NCBI GenBank assembly: GCA_012295275.1
Contig: CM022677.1
Coordinates: 27,218,001 to 27,282,000 of the forward strand
Reading direction: 5' to 3'
Length of the DNA: 64,000 nucleotides
Source: Chrysomallon squamiferum
Lineage: Eukaryota; Animalia; Mollusca
In this document: piece after piece, positions 30,909 through 44,131 of the stretch
Numbering within the stretch: the stretch's first letter is position 1
Layout of the letters: every line of letters begins with the position of its first letter
Translations under genes and position numbers: made by a program
The notes under the pieces: generated by a model
Seen by the model: the letters and a program-made list of their open reading frames with translations, nothing else
The model's database searches: none
What the model was told of the DNA's origin: nothing

Positions 30909-31820
30909 AATAGAGGTGACAGAAAGATAGAACCAGTGGTTTGGAATATATCATCACATCTATCGATTTTTCTTTGGACAAAAATGGATGTGTATAAAAG
31001 GAATCAGTTTTCCATATCCAGGAATTGATTTATCAATATTTGCATATTAAATGAATATTAATATTACATGTGTCTAATATAATGTTACAGTGTGTAATGC
31101 GTTTTGAATTAGCAATAAATATTTTAAAATGACATATTATTTACAGGGTATCAAATAAAAAGAGGTATTTCATGTCTACCATATATATATATATGTATGT
31201 AACATAACAGGATAACAACATAAAATTAATAACATAGCAACATAGTATAGCAACATAATATGACATAATAGAATAATATATCAGAATAACATAACAGAAT
31301 AACAACATAAAATAGCACAGTACAACACAAGACATCACAAAATAAAAGTAATGAAATGAAAATAGTGATTGTTAAATTTTTTTGATATTATAAAACTGGT
31401 AAAGGTTTTTTTTTTTTTTTTTTTTTTTCCATTAGGTATCTATTTTTAAATAAGGTTTTTCTTTATCAGATATCTATTTTTGAGTGAAGGTTTTTTTTTC
31501 TCTATCAGATATCTATTTTTGAGTGAAATTCTAGTTTTGAGTGATGCAGTTAAAGAAAGCCTTTCAGTTTATCTTGTCATTTCCGATACTGCAGTGGTAT
31601 TCATTTTGTTTTCTCAGATACAAGTTAAACAATATTTTTACCGTGGAATATAAAGCTGTAAATGTGAATTTAAAAAAAAACAGAAAAAAAAAGAAAAAAA
31701 GAAGAATAATAGAAATCCAAAATCCCATTTATTTTCAAAACAGTCTGAATGTGTTTGCTTATGCAGATGTTTCTCTGTTTATAAGATATAGTTTTGTATG
31801 TGTTTGTGTATGTATATGTA

Positions 31821-31852
<32 letters not shown>

Positions 31853-33926
31853 CATACATACATATGTATCTGTGTGTGTATGTGTGTGTGTGTGTGTGTA
31901 CAAACACAATAAACACATTTTACAGAATAGCAATGTAACACCCAACACATTTAAACAAAACCAAAAAACACAAAAACTTTCATTCAAACTGTCACACACT
32001 CGTAAAAGTTCATTAGCACTTTATCTCTCTTAACTAACAGCACCAACCACCACCGCTACTACTACTACTACTACATCTGTTTACCAGATAGAAAACTCGC
32101 ATTACTTATTAATGAGATGACGTTGGTAATTGAACGACTACCACACTGAAGTGATTACCATTTATAAAATATTTACACCAACGTCGATGGTGAGGTACAG
32201 TTGCGTGTTACAATGTTTAAGAAAGATTGATGACGTATTTGATTAAATATAAAATGCTTATCCACAAATAGGAGGAGTCTGTAGTCTGTTGGTTAGTGCT
32301 GGATTGTGGATTAGTCCATTTAGAGATGTTTTCCAATTCTAAACAGAGCTCTGCAAATATCAATAGCAGCAGTGTATAGTTTTTGCCTGCTCAGACATGA
32401 TCACACACACACACACATGCACAGACACATGTACATATATAAATTCTAGACAAACATCCATATATTCTGTGTTGTGATACAGACACACATACATTCAGAA
32501 CACACAGACATATATACACACATAACAAACATACAGAAAAACCACACCACATTCTCACACATACAAATAAACATAGAGAAAAAAAAGACAGAGAAAAACA
32601 AATATAATATCATGTACAAACACCTGTACACACAGACACCATACAAATACATCTGATAGAAACCTGATTTAAAAGAATAAGTCACTAAAAATTCACTCAT
32701 TCTTTGTCTTATAAACTGATGAATTCTTTTTCATATCCTTCTTAAACATTAGATGACACCAGGTGCAAAAATAATTTTTAAAAACCCACACTGAAATAAA
32801 AAAAATAAAAAAATAAATTAACAAGACAAGCTGTTAAAGAAACCAAAACAAAAGTGAAAATAAAAAAAAAAAAAAAATTTCAGTGGTATAAGAGCTATCC
32901 CCCTCAAAGACAGACAGGTAGGGAGAGGTTTCTGTAAAAATAGACACTGTGTGTTTGTTACATAAATAAATCTCTCCTAACAGGAAGACAAAAATAAACA
33001 TTCAACTCAACACCCTCCGTCCCTGCCACCTCCTCCCTCCCTACTCTCTCCCCCAGCATGGGCTCGCCCTCCACTTCTGTATGTTCCACTTAATCCAGCT
33101 GGATCTATTACACAGGCACACAAATCAACCCCCTCTCATGCATTCTTTCTCTATACTGATTCCCCCATGCTGTGATTCCCCCCTCCACTCATCCCACCAC
33201 CCCACCACCCCACCACATTACTTTTGGTTGATTCCATCTGGAGTGAGGCAGAAGACACATGCCTTTGTTGAATGTTTCTCTTGATGTTCCTGATAGCAGA
33301 AGATTTTTTTTTTTTTTTTTTTTTTTTTTAGTTGTTTTAAAGGAGGTCTATTTTTTTTTTTTTTTAAATACTTGCACTATCAGATTACCCACCTAGTGCC
33401 CTATCACTCAAATGATGGCTCCGGTATAGAAGATAGTATTTAGAGTGCTGCTTAATAGTAAAAATATTCTATGTTTTTTATTGGTCTGTGGAAATAACGT
33501 TCTCTAAACAACTATTTCAGAAATGGCTTTTTATTGTTTATTCAGTTTGTTTGTTTTATTAGTCAGCGCTAAAGTCTTAAACAACTAGTCTACAAATAAA
33601 TACTGTTTATTTCTCAAAGCTATCTTTATTCCTAAACAGCTAATATATATTTTTAGAAAATTTATTTTATTTTATTTTATTCTATTCTATTCTTATATAT
33701 TTTATTTCATTTAATTTCATTTCATTTATTATTCTTATGTATTTTATTTTTATTTTATGTTCTTATTTATTTTTAATTTATTTAATTATTTAATGTATAA
33801 TCATTATATTTTATATAATATTTTCTAAATAACTACCTAATATTAATCATGGTACACTTAAATGTAGGATTTATTGTCAAATGTAATCTTATCTTGCCTG
33901 CTTCCATTCCGATTGGTACTCCACTT

Positions 33927-33979
<53 letters not shown>

Positions 33980-35246
33980 ATAAAAGATCTGTAAAATATT
34001 GTTGGTAGTGTCTTTATAAATTTATAAGTAGAGATTATTATTACTATTGCCGCTGCTTCAAGATCTGTTGTCACTACTACTACTACTACTGATACTATAA
34101 CACTACTAGCACTACTTCCACAACAACTACTACTACTACACGACAACTATTTTTATTACTATACTATTTATATTGCTTTATTATAGCTAGTATTACTATC
34201 ACCACTAGAACAACGTACAACTACTACCACTACTGATATACTACTACAACTACAACTACTACTGCTCATGCAGCTGCTACCACTAAAACTACCACTATTA
34301 TTATTATTATACTACTACTACAACAGTAATGTTATAAGCCTATAATACTACTACTATTAAAACAATTCTTTTTCTTATTCTTCTTCTTCTTATTCACCAT
34401 AATCCTCTTTTTTTCCCCCTTCTTCTTCTACTTATAATAATAATTATTATTATTTGTGCACAACACAAACAGATCTGATTTACTTTTGCCACTTCATCTG
34501 GCAGCATTAGTCTTGAAAAATCAGTCGTAATCTCTCGTTTCTATCGTTCCCGACACCCGAACTATGTCGGACGTCAAACGCAGACCCAGTCGACTATCTG
34601 AAGAAGAAATCAATTTTTCTAGTCAAAGCAGCATTGAAAAGTTATTTTTAGACTTCCATTAAAGCGATCCAGTTTCCTTGTGGCAAAGGCTAGCATGAAG
34701 AAGGGGAGAGAAAAAAAATAACAATAACAGATGAAGAGATGGTAAAAAAAAAAAAAAAAAAAAAACGAAAACATGATTTTTTTTTTTCTCGTTTGGTTTT
34801 CCGTTTGTTACTTAGATCGAAACGAGTTCAGTGTTTATGTTATTTTAGTAGTTTTCCTCAGTAAAAGAGCTCTACAAGTGTACTCGACAATAATTGGGTG
34901 ATTGTTTTTGTGTCCAGTAAATAAATCGTTTGATGCCGCTGAGGCCGAATTGATTTGGAGATAAAGTTGTCAGAATTAGGCGCTGGTTGGAAACTGGTTG
35001 ACGTGAGGTCCCAAATCGATTTACAGAACTGACATGGCGCGATTGCACCATTTTACTCTGTTGCGTTCTTGTTCGCGATAGTTTTATCTGACATTTATTT
35101 ATTTATTTATTTATTTTTATTATTATTATTTAGTAGTAGTAGTAGTGGTAATTGTAGTTGTTGTTGTAATACGAGTAGTATTGATATTCTAGTAGTAAAA
35201 AAGTTACGTACATTTAGTTATTAATAAATCTCTTAAATTAATATAA

Positions 35247-35283
<37 letters not shown>

Positions 35284-35328
35284 GTTATTATTATTATTAT
35301 TATTGTTGTTATTGTTGTTGTTGTTATT

Positions 35329-35367
<39 letters not shown>

Positions 35368-35543
35368 ATTATTATTATTATTATTATTATTAAAATAGTA
35401 GTTTTAGTAATAGCAGCAACTCCTGTAAACGTAGTCCTAGGTTTAAATTTTATTTATGTATTTATTTATATTCAAGTGTAATTTTTATTTATTTATTTAT
35501 TTACATTCTTATATCTGCTAATATTAATTAATTATAAGTATTA

Positions 35544-35602
<59 letters not shown>

Positions 35603-36057
35603 CAATGACAATGATAATAATAATAATAATAATATAAAAAACGCAGATTCATTATATATAAAGACTGAGTCATTGAACTAGTTTACTGTATACTCAGTCT
35701 GTTAAATATATTTAAAATGTCATCACATTAAAAACAAAATCATACACAACACCTGTGTGTGTGTGTGTGCGTGTGTGTGTACAAACACACACATAGATAC
35801 ACTGATATACACACCAAAACATATTAATACAATGACAACAGCATCACAAATGTGTACTATATTTAACAATATATATAAAAAATAATAACAGCTACATGTA
35901 CAACTATTTACTTGATATAATAAAAAAACAACAACACAACTACAGTAGAACCAACAGCTACAACTGCAGCAACTACTACTGAGAATTACAACAGTAACAA
36001 GAAACAAAACTAGCATAGGTAATAACTGCAACTACAAACAACAACAAAAGATAAATA

Positions 36058-36103
<46 letters not shown>

Positions 36104-36774
36104 TAATACTTTTTTTTTTATTTAACATACAAAAAAACAAACAAAAAAACTAAAACCTAAAAAAAAGTTACCACTAACAACAGCAACAGCAGTACTAAAA
36201 AAAAAAAAAAAAAAAAAAAAAGAAAAACTATGACTGCAACAACAGCAACTACATCAACAACAATGAGTACTGAAAAGAGAAAATGCTGTTAACAAACAGC
36301 GATGTGTTCTGGATGACTGATTTCATCTATTGATTAACCATGAACACCACAAGGTGACTCGTACTACCCCCCCACCTCTCACAAACACATGAGTCTTCAG
36401 AATGAGTAACGATTGGTCATAACATTATCATAATTTATGCAGCAGCCGGCCAACAATGGAAGAGATTTTAGAATATTTTTTCTTTGTCTCCTCACACCAG
36501 TATGTTTTTCAACCTGAGACAGCACATCATTTTAAATTTGCTTTAAAAAAACAAACTGTGGAGAAATATTTTGAATTGTTTGCGATTCTCTCTTTTTGGT
36601 TTCAATCTTGTGTATGGTGAGGACAATTTTTTATCCTTTGTAAAGTGATTTTTAAATAATATTTTGATTTAACTTTTTTTCATTTTTGGACAAAGGAAAA
36701 AAGCAGAGATTCTGATTGGGTTTGTTACTGTGTTGGGAATTGTTTTACAGTATATCTGCGAATTTGATGTTCAT

Positions 36775-36805
<31 letters not shown>

Positions 36806-38939
36806 CTATTTGTGTATTTTATTTATTTATTAACTATTTGTTTATTTATTTATTTATTTGTTATTTATTTATTCATTATGTTTAGTTTGGGTTTTAATAT
36901 CAGTAAAGAACAGTGAAATAAAATGGTGTGTGTGTTTTACTAAGGTCTACTTTTTTTTTTTTTTTTTTAAATTGTTTATTTAAAAAACACCCAAAACCAA
37001 CATCTGTAGTAATTTTCCTTTGTCAAGTTTCTAAATCAAAAAATTAACTTGTATGTATATTATATTAAACCTACAGTCTGTACAGAGTTATTTTTAGAAA
37101 TTATATTACTTAATGTGCTGGTAATACTTATTTTTCTACCAGGAGTACTTAGTTTTGATAGTAATAATTAGATATTATCAGTATTACTGAAATTTTCTGG
37201 TATTATTTTTAGTTTTCTACCGGTAGTACTTAATTTGTCTAGTATTAGTTTAGTTTTCTACTGGTAGTACTTAATTTGTCTAGGATTAGCTTAGTTTTCT
37301 ACTAGGAGTATTTAATGTGTCTAGTATTAGCTTAGGTGTCTACCAATAGTATTACTAGTTCTTACTAGTGGTAGTCAGTTCCACCAATATAAGTTTCTTT
37401 ACTAGCAGTTCTTAGTTTTACTAGTACTAGTTAGTTCTATTAGAAGTAAAAGTTTCACTTTTACAAGTTAGTATTATTACTTCAATTTGTATTACTTAAA
37501 GGTATCAGTATTACTTAGTTTTAACAGTAATACTTACTATATTTTTAATTTTGTAAATATTATTTAAATCTGCTTCTCTGCTTAATTCTGGTAGTATTAA
37601 TAGAGTTTCCACTAGGGATATTTAGATTCTCTAGTTTCACTAGATGACTATAATGTACTAGTATTACTTGTACGAATTACTGTTATTACTACTAGTTGTA
37701 TAACTGGTTATATTTGATTATTTATAATTAGAGTAATAACATGTCTTACAGGCTTATTATGATTACTGACTTGGTTAATTGTACTAGTACTGATTAATAG
37801 CTAATTAATTGTACTAGTACTAACTGATAGCACCGCTGTTAATGGGAATAGTTAAATGTCTTACTACCTTAAAGCTTAATTAATTAATTAATTAATTAAT
37901 TTATTTACTTGTTTATTTATTTATTTACTCATTTCTTTCTTTATTTATTTATTTATTTATTTATTTTTTTTTTTTGAGAAATATTATCATTTGGATCAGA
38001 GCTTTCAGATTATTTCTGAACTTTGTAAACTGATAAAAATTACTAGCAGTCGTCAGTTATATGTAGTAATAATCATCCTAGCTACATTAATTAAAATTAT
38101 ATTTTTTTAAATTTCTTTTCTTTCATTTTTTGTTATTCTTCTCTTTTTCATTACTATTGTGTTTCTCTTTCTTCCTTTTTCAACCCAAATTAATGTCGTC
38201 AGTTCATGTTTATTGCGTCTTTCATTCTTTGATTGTACTTTATTCTTTCTTTTGTCATTTTTTCTTTCTTACATAATTCTTTTTTCATTTTCTTTTGTCT
38301 TTTTTCTTTCTTATATAATTCTTTTTTCATTTTTTTTTATCATTCGTTCTTCTTTTTTTCATCATTCTATCTTTTTATTTGAAATGGGATGGTTAAGAAA
38401 AACAATTATATAAAAGATTAAGAATGTCTAAGGAGGATGATAAATAATCAATCACAATAACTCATGTAATCTTATTTGAGTTTTTTAAACCGACAATAAC
38501 CAATTATAATGGATTATTGTAACTCATATAAACATTTGAGTTTTGAAAATTAATAACTCATATAAACATTTGAGTTTTGAAAATTAATAATTAATCCTGA
38601 TAACTCATACAAACACAACAGAAATTTAAAAAAAAAAAAAAAAAAATGCAATATAATTTATATTTTCATTCATAGCACTAAACCTTTACTAATCATAAAG
38701 TACCACAGTCAAACAAAGAATGTATTTTTTTCCCCCTTTTCTCTCTTGATATTATTTCAAACACATAGAAATATATATATATATATATAACTAAACTACT
38801 GAAACATTATCGGAGATTTTTTCTCTCTCTCATTATTTTTGCTCTTTTGATACAAAAAAAAAAAACGTTACAAAACATTTCGTTGTTGTTGTTGTTGATC
38901 AAAGTTAGATAACTCTTGTGTTGTTTTTTTTACTTGCAG

Positions 38940-39019
38940 GTTGTGCTTTTGTCAAATACACGTCTCACTCTGAAGCTCAGACTGCGATTAACGCACTACA
39001 CGGCAGTCAAACTATGGCT
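38940..39019 (+). CDS. CELF4: CELF RRM2 second exon ([27 protein letters not shown])
   Basis: Acceptor tacttgcag|G, donor GCT|gtaagt, 80 nt, phase 1-0. Completes RNP1 KGCAFVKY. Confidence 0.96.
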
Positions 39020-39111
39020 GTAAGTACGGTAGGACTACATGTTATTTCCGCACTACACCCAAAACGTCCACACTCCCCACCAACCACTGTATGGTAAGGC
39101 AACGACAGCCG

Positions 39112-39565
39112 TTATCATCCTGATGATCATCAATCATCAGTCATCATTATCATTATTATAATTATCATCATCATCTGTATCATCTCTATCATTATTATAA
39201 TTATCATCATCTATATCATCAATCATTATTATAATTATCATCATCATCTGTATCATCTCTATCATCATCATTATTATAATTATCATCATCTGTATCATCA
39301 ATCATTATTATAATTATCATCATCTGTATCATCAATCATTATTATAATTATCATCATCTATCATCTATATCATCAGTCATTATTATAATTATCATCTGTA
39401 TCATCGATATCATCAATCATTATTATAATTATCATCATCTTCTGTATCATCTATATCAATCAATTATAATTATCATCTGTATCATCTATATCATCAATCA
39501 TTATAATTATCATCATCTGTATCATCTAAATTCATCAATTATTATATTTATAATCATCATCATCT
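39112..39565 (+). repeat. Degenerate minisatellite of about 30 bp, (ATCATTATTATAATTATCATCATCTGTATC)n
   Basis: More than ten diverged copies with a palindromic ATTATAAT core. Confidence 0.85.
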
Positions 39566-40521
39566 TCAATGCAGTATTAGTATTGCAAATTGTGCAGTTT
39601 TGTTTCAGCATTTTGTAAAGAGTGAAACATGAATGCTGTTGTTTCAAATGACGAGTAGAAATAAAAACGTATTTTAAAAATGTATGAGTTCTTCTCATGA
39701 CATCGGTTTTTAGTAGATTTTCATATTGATAGGCAGGTAAAATTAAATATATTTAGATAATTCAAACTAAATTTGTTGAAGTATATAGAGTTAAAATACA
39801 GATTAACATGGGTTTGAAGTAAAACCTTCTTTTTTCACCCCCCCCAGACAACTGATATAAAAGTATAAAAAAAAAAAACAAACCCCCACCAAACCCCTCA
39901 AAAAACAAGAGAAAAAAGAAGAGAGAATTAAATAAAAGAAAAAGAAAAATAACAATAATCAAATATTTTCATGTTTATAGTTAAAATTCATATTTACATG
40001 GATTTGAAATAAAATAGATTTTTTTTCTCCAGATAACTGATATAGAAGGTATATATATATAAAAAAAATTATATTTAAGAAAATAAATATAAATCAAATC
40101 AAATTTTTTCATGTCCCATAAAGTTAAAATATAGATTAACAGTGTTTAGATGTAGCACAGTTTTTAATTTTCCAATTTAACTGATGTACAATTTATTGAA
40201 GCTTAAAGACAAAAAAAAAAAAGTTTTAATATTCATAAATTTGTTCAGAAGTTCTTCGTACCAGTAAATGTTTTTGTCAGCTTTTCATATAACTGATGTG
40301 AAATTTGTTAAAGTAGATTTAAAAAAAGAGAAGAGAAATTATTAGTAACTTAAAGATGTTCGTGGATTCAGATACGTTTTTGTAAACAGGTTGAACCAGT
40401 GTACAGAAATGGATCTAATTAATACATGTCACTTTATGATTCAGATAGATTTTTATTTTTATTTTGGCTTCATCATCATCATCATCATCATCACCATCAA
40501 GTTTGCATACAGTGTGCTCTT

Positions 40522-40569
<48 letters not shown>

Positions 40570-40745
40570 AACAATATACAAACATGCACATTCAATACAC
40601 ACAGGCAATGCACACACACACACACACCTTTGTTGGGTGTGTGTGTATGCATTTGCATGCATGAAACATAAATAAATAAACAAATAATTAAATAATTAAA
40701 TAAATAAATAAATAAACAGTTTTAATTTCATCTCATTTATCTTAG

Positions 40746-40895
40746 GGAGCCTCATCAAGCCTGGTTGTTAAGTTTGCTGACAATGAGAAGGAAAGACAAC
40801 TCCGTCGGATGCAGCAGATGGCTGGACCACTCGGTCTGTTGAGTCCTCTTGCTCTCTCTCAGATTGGCGCTTACGGAACCTATGCTCAAGTACCT
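40746..40895 (+). CDS. CELF4: CELF RRM2 end and start of divergent domain ([50 protein letters not shown])
   Basis: Acceptor cttag|[15 protein letters not shown] and RRMQQMA are typical of CELF3-6. Donor CCT|gtaagt, with an alternative CAA|gtacct at 40889. Confidence 0.94.
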
Positions 40896-41537
40896 GTAAG
40901 TAAAATAGCAGGGGCGGACCCAGGGGAGGAGTTTATGACTGTCATTCATCCAGGATTCTTGAAAGGGGAGGGGTTCATAATTTGTCATATAATTTAATTT
41001 AGATCCAGGATTATTGTGAAGTTCAGAATTGTTATTTATTTATCAGTTTTGTGAATTATTAACTTAGATACAGGATTATTGTTAGGTGGATCATCATAAT
41101 TATGATTTAACTATCTGAGAGGGGGATCATAATAATGTAGGCTATATCTGTGCAAGTATTATTAGTTTCATTTTTATACAGATCTGTCTGTCTGTTTGTC
41201 TCTATCTATCTGTGTGTCTGTCTTCTGTCTCTGTGTCTTTATGTCTGAACATCTGTCTATCTATTGAAAAATAGTATTCTCCAAATCTTTCTTTTTTCTA
41301 TTTGTTTGTTTCTTTCTCTTTCTTTCTTTCTCTCCTCCTCTTTTATTCCTTTTTTTTCTCTATCTCTCTGCTTATACCTTTCTGTCAGTATATATGACAG
41401 AGTAATAGTTTCAAATAATTATATATACATACACATACATAATTTGCTTTAATATAAATACATACTGATACAGATATATTTTGAGTGCTGTTTGATTTTT
41501 TATTTTATATTTCTCTGTCTATATGTGTGTATGTGTG

Positions 41538-41615
<78 letters not shown>

Positions 41616-41744
41616 TTATATATACATACACATACATAATTTCTATTAATATAAATCCATACTGATATAGATATATTTTGAGTTCTGTTTGTCTGTCCAT
41701 ATACATTTCTTATTTTATATCTGTCTGTGCGTGTGTCTGTCTGT

Positions 41745-41776
<32 letters not shown>

Positions 41777-41796
41777 TTTTTGGTTTTTTAACACAG

Positions 41797-42007
41797 CAGG
41801 CCTCAGTCGCTTCGTCTCAACAGATAATGCAGCAGCAGGCTGCGTTGATGGCGGCCGCAGCAGCGCAGGGAACGTACCTCGCGAGTCCAGTCAACCTCCT
41901 GGCAACGCAGATGCAGCAGATCGGCGGCCTGGCAACACCCAACGGCATCGCAACAGCAGCAATCACACCAACAACAGCAACACTGGCCAGTGGGGAGCTG
42001 GTGAGAG
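41797..42007 (+). CDS. CELF4: CELF divergent-domain exon (QASVASSQQIMQQQAALMAAAAAQGTYLASPVNLLATQMQQIGGLATPNGIATAAITPTTATLASGELVR)
   Basis: GC-rich island in frame with ORF 41689..42072. MQQQAALMA motif of CELF3-6. Acceptor acacag|CAG, phase-1 donor GAG|gtaaca. Exact boundaries are uncertain because alternative sites exist. Confidence 0.85.
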
Positions 42008-42547
42008 GTAACAGAGAGTTGATGATGTTGTTGTGTATGTTACTTCTACTACTCTCTCACAGTTATAGATGATAGTATATTCTGAGCATATGTTTTTTTT
42101 TGCTTTGTTTTATCAGTTTGTTTTACACAATCTGTTTACTTTATTTGTGTAAGCGTTTGTTTACAAATGCGTTTATTTAATTATTTATTTGTTAATGGTT
42201 TATTGACTTGCTTAGTTATTTAACAAACTAATTAATTTAGTTAATTCATTTGGTTGCTTGTTTATGTCTTATTTTCTTTCTTTACTTATTTACTTACTTA
42301 TTTGTTATTTTATTTATTTATCAATCTGTCATTCCATTCATTCATCCAACCATTTATTTATTTATTTATTTATTAATATATTAATTTATTAATTTATTTA
42401 TTTATCAATTTATTCATTTGTTTGTTTATTCATTCATTCATTTATTTACTTATTTATTTATTATTTTATTTATCGATCGATCTGTCCAACCATTTGTTCA
42501 TTCGTTTATTTTTTTTTTTATTTTTTTATTAAAAAGAGAGAGAGAGA

Positions 42548-42596
<49 letters not shown>

Positions 42597-42851
42597 TGTT
42601 TATGTACTTATCTGAATGGGACAGTTTATTCATTCATTCATTTATTTATCCATCCATCTGTCCATTCCTCCATTCGTTCGTTTATTTATTTTATTTATTT
42701 ATTTATTTAATTAATTAATTAATTAATTAATTATTTATTTATTTATTTTATTTATTTATTTAATTAATTAATTTATTTTATTTATTTATTTACTTACTTA
42801 CTTACCTATTTATTTACTTACTTACTTACCTACTTACTTACTTACTTCCAG

Positions 42852-42989
42852 CCGGTTCCTCTACCCAGGCAATCAATGGTGGGCCACCCAGTGTGTTGTC
42901 TCCGACAGCAGTGGCTAGTTTCGCTATGCCGCAGGCCGCCAATGGTCAGCCGCCAGAAGTGTACGCCAACGGAATCGCTCACTATCCCG
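42852..42989 (+). CDS. CELF4: CELF divergent-domain exon (AGSSTQAINGGPPSVLSPTAVASFAMPQAANGQPPEVYANGIAHYP)
   Basis: Acceptor cttccag|CC, donor CCG|gtaact, 138 nt, phase 1-1. ANGQP..EVYANGI..YP resembles the CELF4-type linker. Confidence 0.9.
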
Positions 42990-43139
42990 GTAACTACAAC
43001 AATCCTTGTTTTAACATCACCAACAACAACGTTTGTCTCCAGAAAGACTCAATTTTTTATTTTTTGTTACGATTAGAAGAAAGTCTAGATTTTGTTAGGG
43101 GTTGAAATAAATAAATATATAAGTAAGTAAGTAAGTAAG

Positions 43140-43194
<55 letters not shown>

Positions 43195-43536
43195 GTAGGT
43201 AGGTAAGTAAATAAATAAGTAAGTAAGTGTGTAAGTAAGTAAGTAAGTAAATATGTGCATAAATAAGTAAATAAACAAATAACACATAAGTTAAATAAAT
43301 AAGTAACTAGACAGATAAATAAATACATAAAATAAATAGATGCACAGATCAACGAAAAAGGAGAAAGGAAGTATGTAGATCAAAATGTCTAATGTCTAAA
43401 GCTTTTGTCACAGTGGTGCAAGGGAAGTAACTCTTTATAATGGTGCTATCACTTTGTACATTTTAAATTATTATTATTATTATCATTATTATTATTATTG
43501 TTGTTATTATTATTATTGTTATTATTATTGTTGTTG

Positions 43537-43576
<40 letters not shown>

Positions 43577-43637
43577 GAGATGAAGGATGTGTTTCTGTGT
43601 AAAATGTATAATATGTTTTTGTTTTTTGTTCTAACAG

Positions 43638-43709
43638 CTGCAGCACAAGCTGTAACCAATGGCGACCCATTACAACCATACGCTGCACTTCAGCCTTATG
43701 CCAGCATTG
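43638..43709 (+). CDS. CELF4: CELF divergent-domain exon (AAAQAVTNGDPLQPYAALQPYASI)
   Basis: Acceptor ctaacag|CT, donor TTG|gtaagc, 72 nt, phase 1-1. DPLQ..YA motif of the CELF3-6 linker. Confidence 0.9.
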
Positions 43710-43713
43710 GTAA

Positions 43714-43810
<97 letters not shown>

Positions 43811-43892
43811 ATTTGTTTATGTATTTATCTGAATGGGACAGTTTCAACATGCTCACACTCAGTTATTGTTATTGTTATTATTGTTATTACAG

Positions 43893-43935
43893 CTGCATAC
43901 TTTGCCAATGTATGGACAGTTTCAGTAGGCTGTTA
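43893..43935 (+). pseudogene. Degenerate partial duplicate of the 44048 exon start, with its own acceptor
   Basis: ttacag|CTGCATACtttgccaaTGTATGGACAGTTTCAgtagGCT versus the real tgcag|CTGCATACccggctgTGTATGGACAGTTTCAacaaGCT. It carries a 1-nt insertion and a TAG in the ancestral frame. Confidence 0.75.
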
Positions 43936-44047
43936 TCAGTTATCATTACTGTTATTATTACTTTTAGTATTGTTGTTATTATTGTTATTGTTGTTATTGT
44001 TATTGTTACTGTTATTGTTATTGTTATTGTTGTTATTGTTATTGCAG

Positions 44048-44131
44048 CTGCATACCCGGCTGTGTATGGACAGTTTCAACAAGCTCTCACTCAACAGACT
44101 GCAGCCATTCTTCCCACAGCACAGAAAGAAG
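44048..44131 (+). CDS. CELF4: CELF exon preceding RRM3 (AAYPAVYGQFQQALTQQTAAILPTAQKE)
   Basis: Acceptor attgcag|CT, donor AAG|gtagag, 84 nt, phase 1-1. AAYP..YGQ...Q(K/R)EG matches CELF3-6. Confidence 0.9.

Noticed and set aside
38981-38983. ACT (Thr) in EAQTAI as an A-to-I recoding site restoring EAQAAI
   Set aside because: The 5' neighbour G is disfavoured by ADAR, no complementary sequence was seen, and it cannot be supported without RNA data.
40908-41085. AGGGGCGGACCCAGG / GATCCAGGATT fragments as a MITE
   Set aside because: It resembles a DNA-transposon terminus, but no matching opposite TIR or TSD was found.
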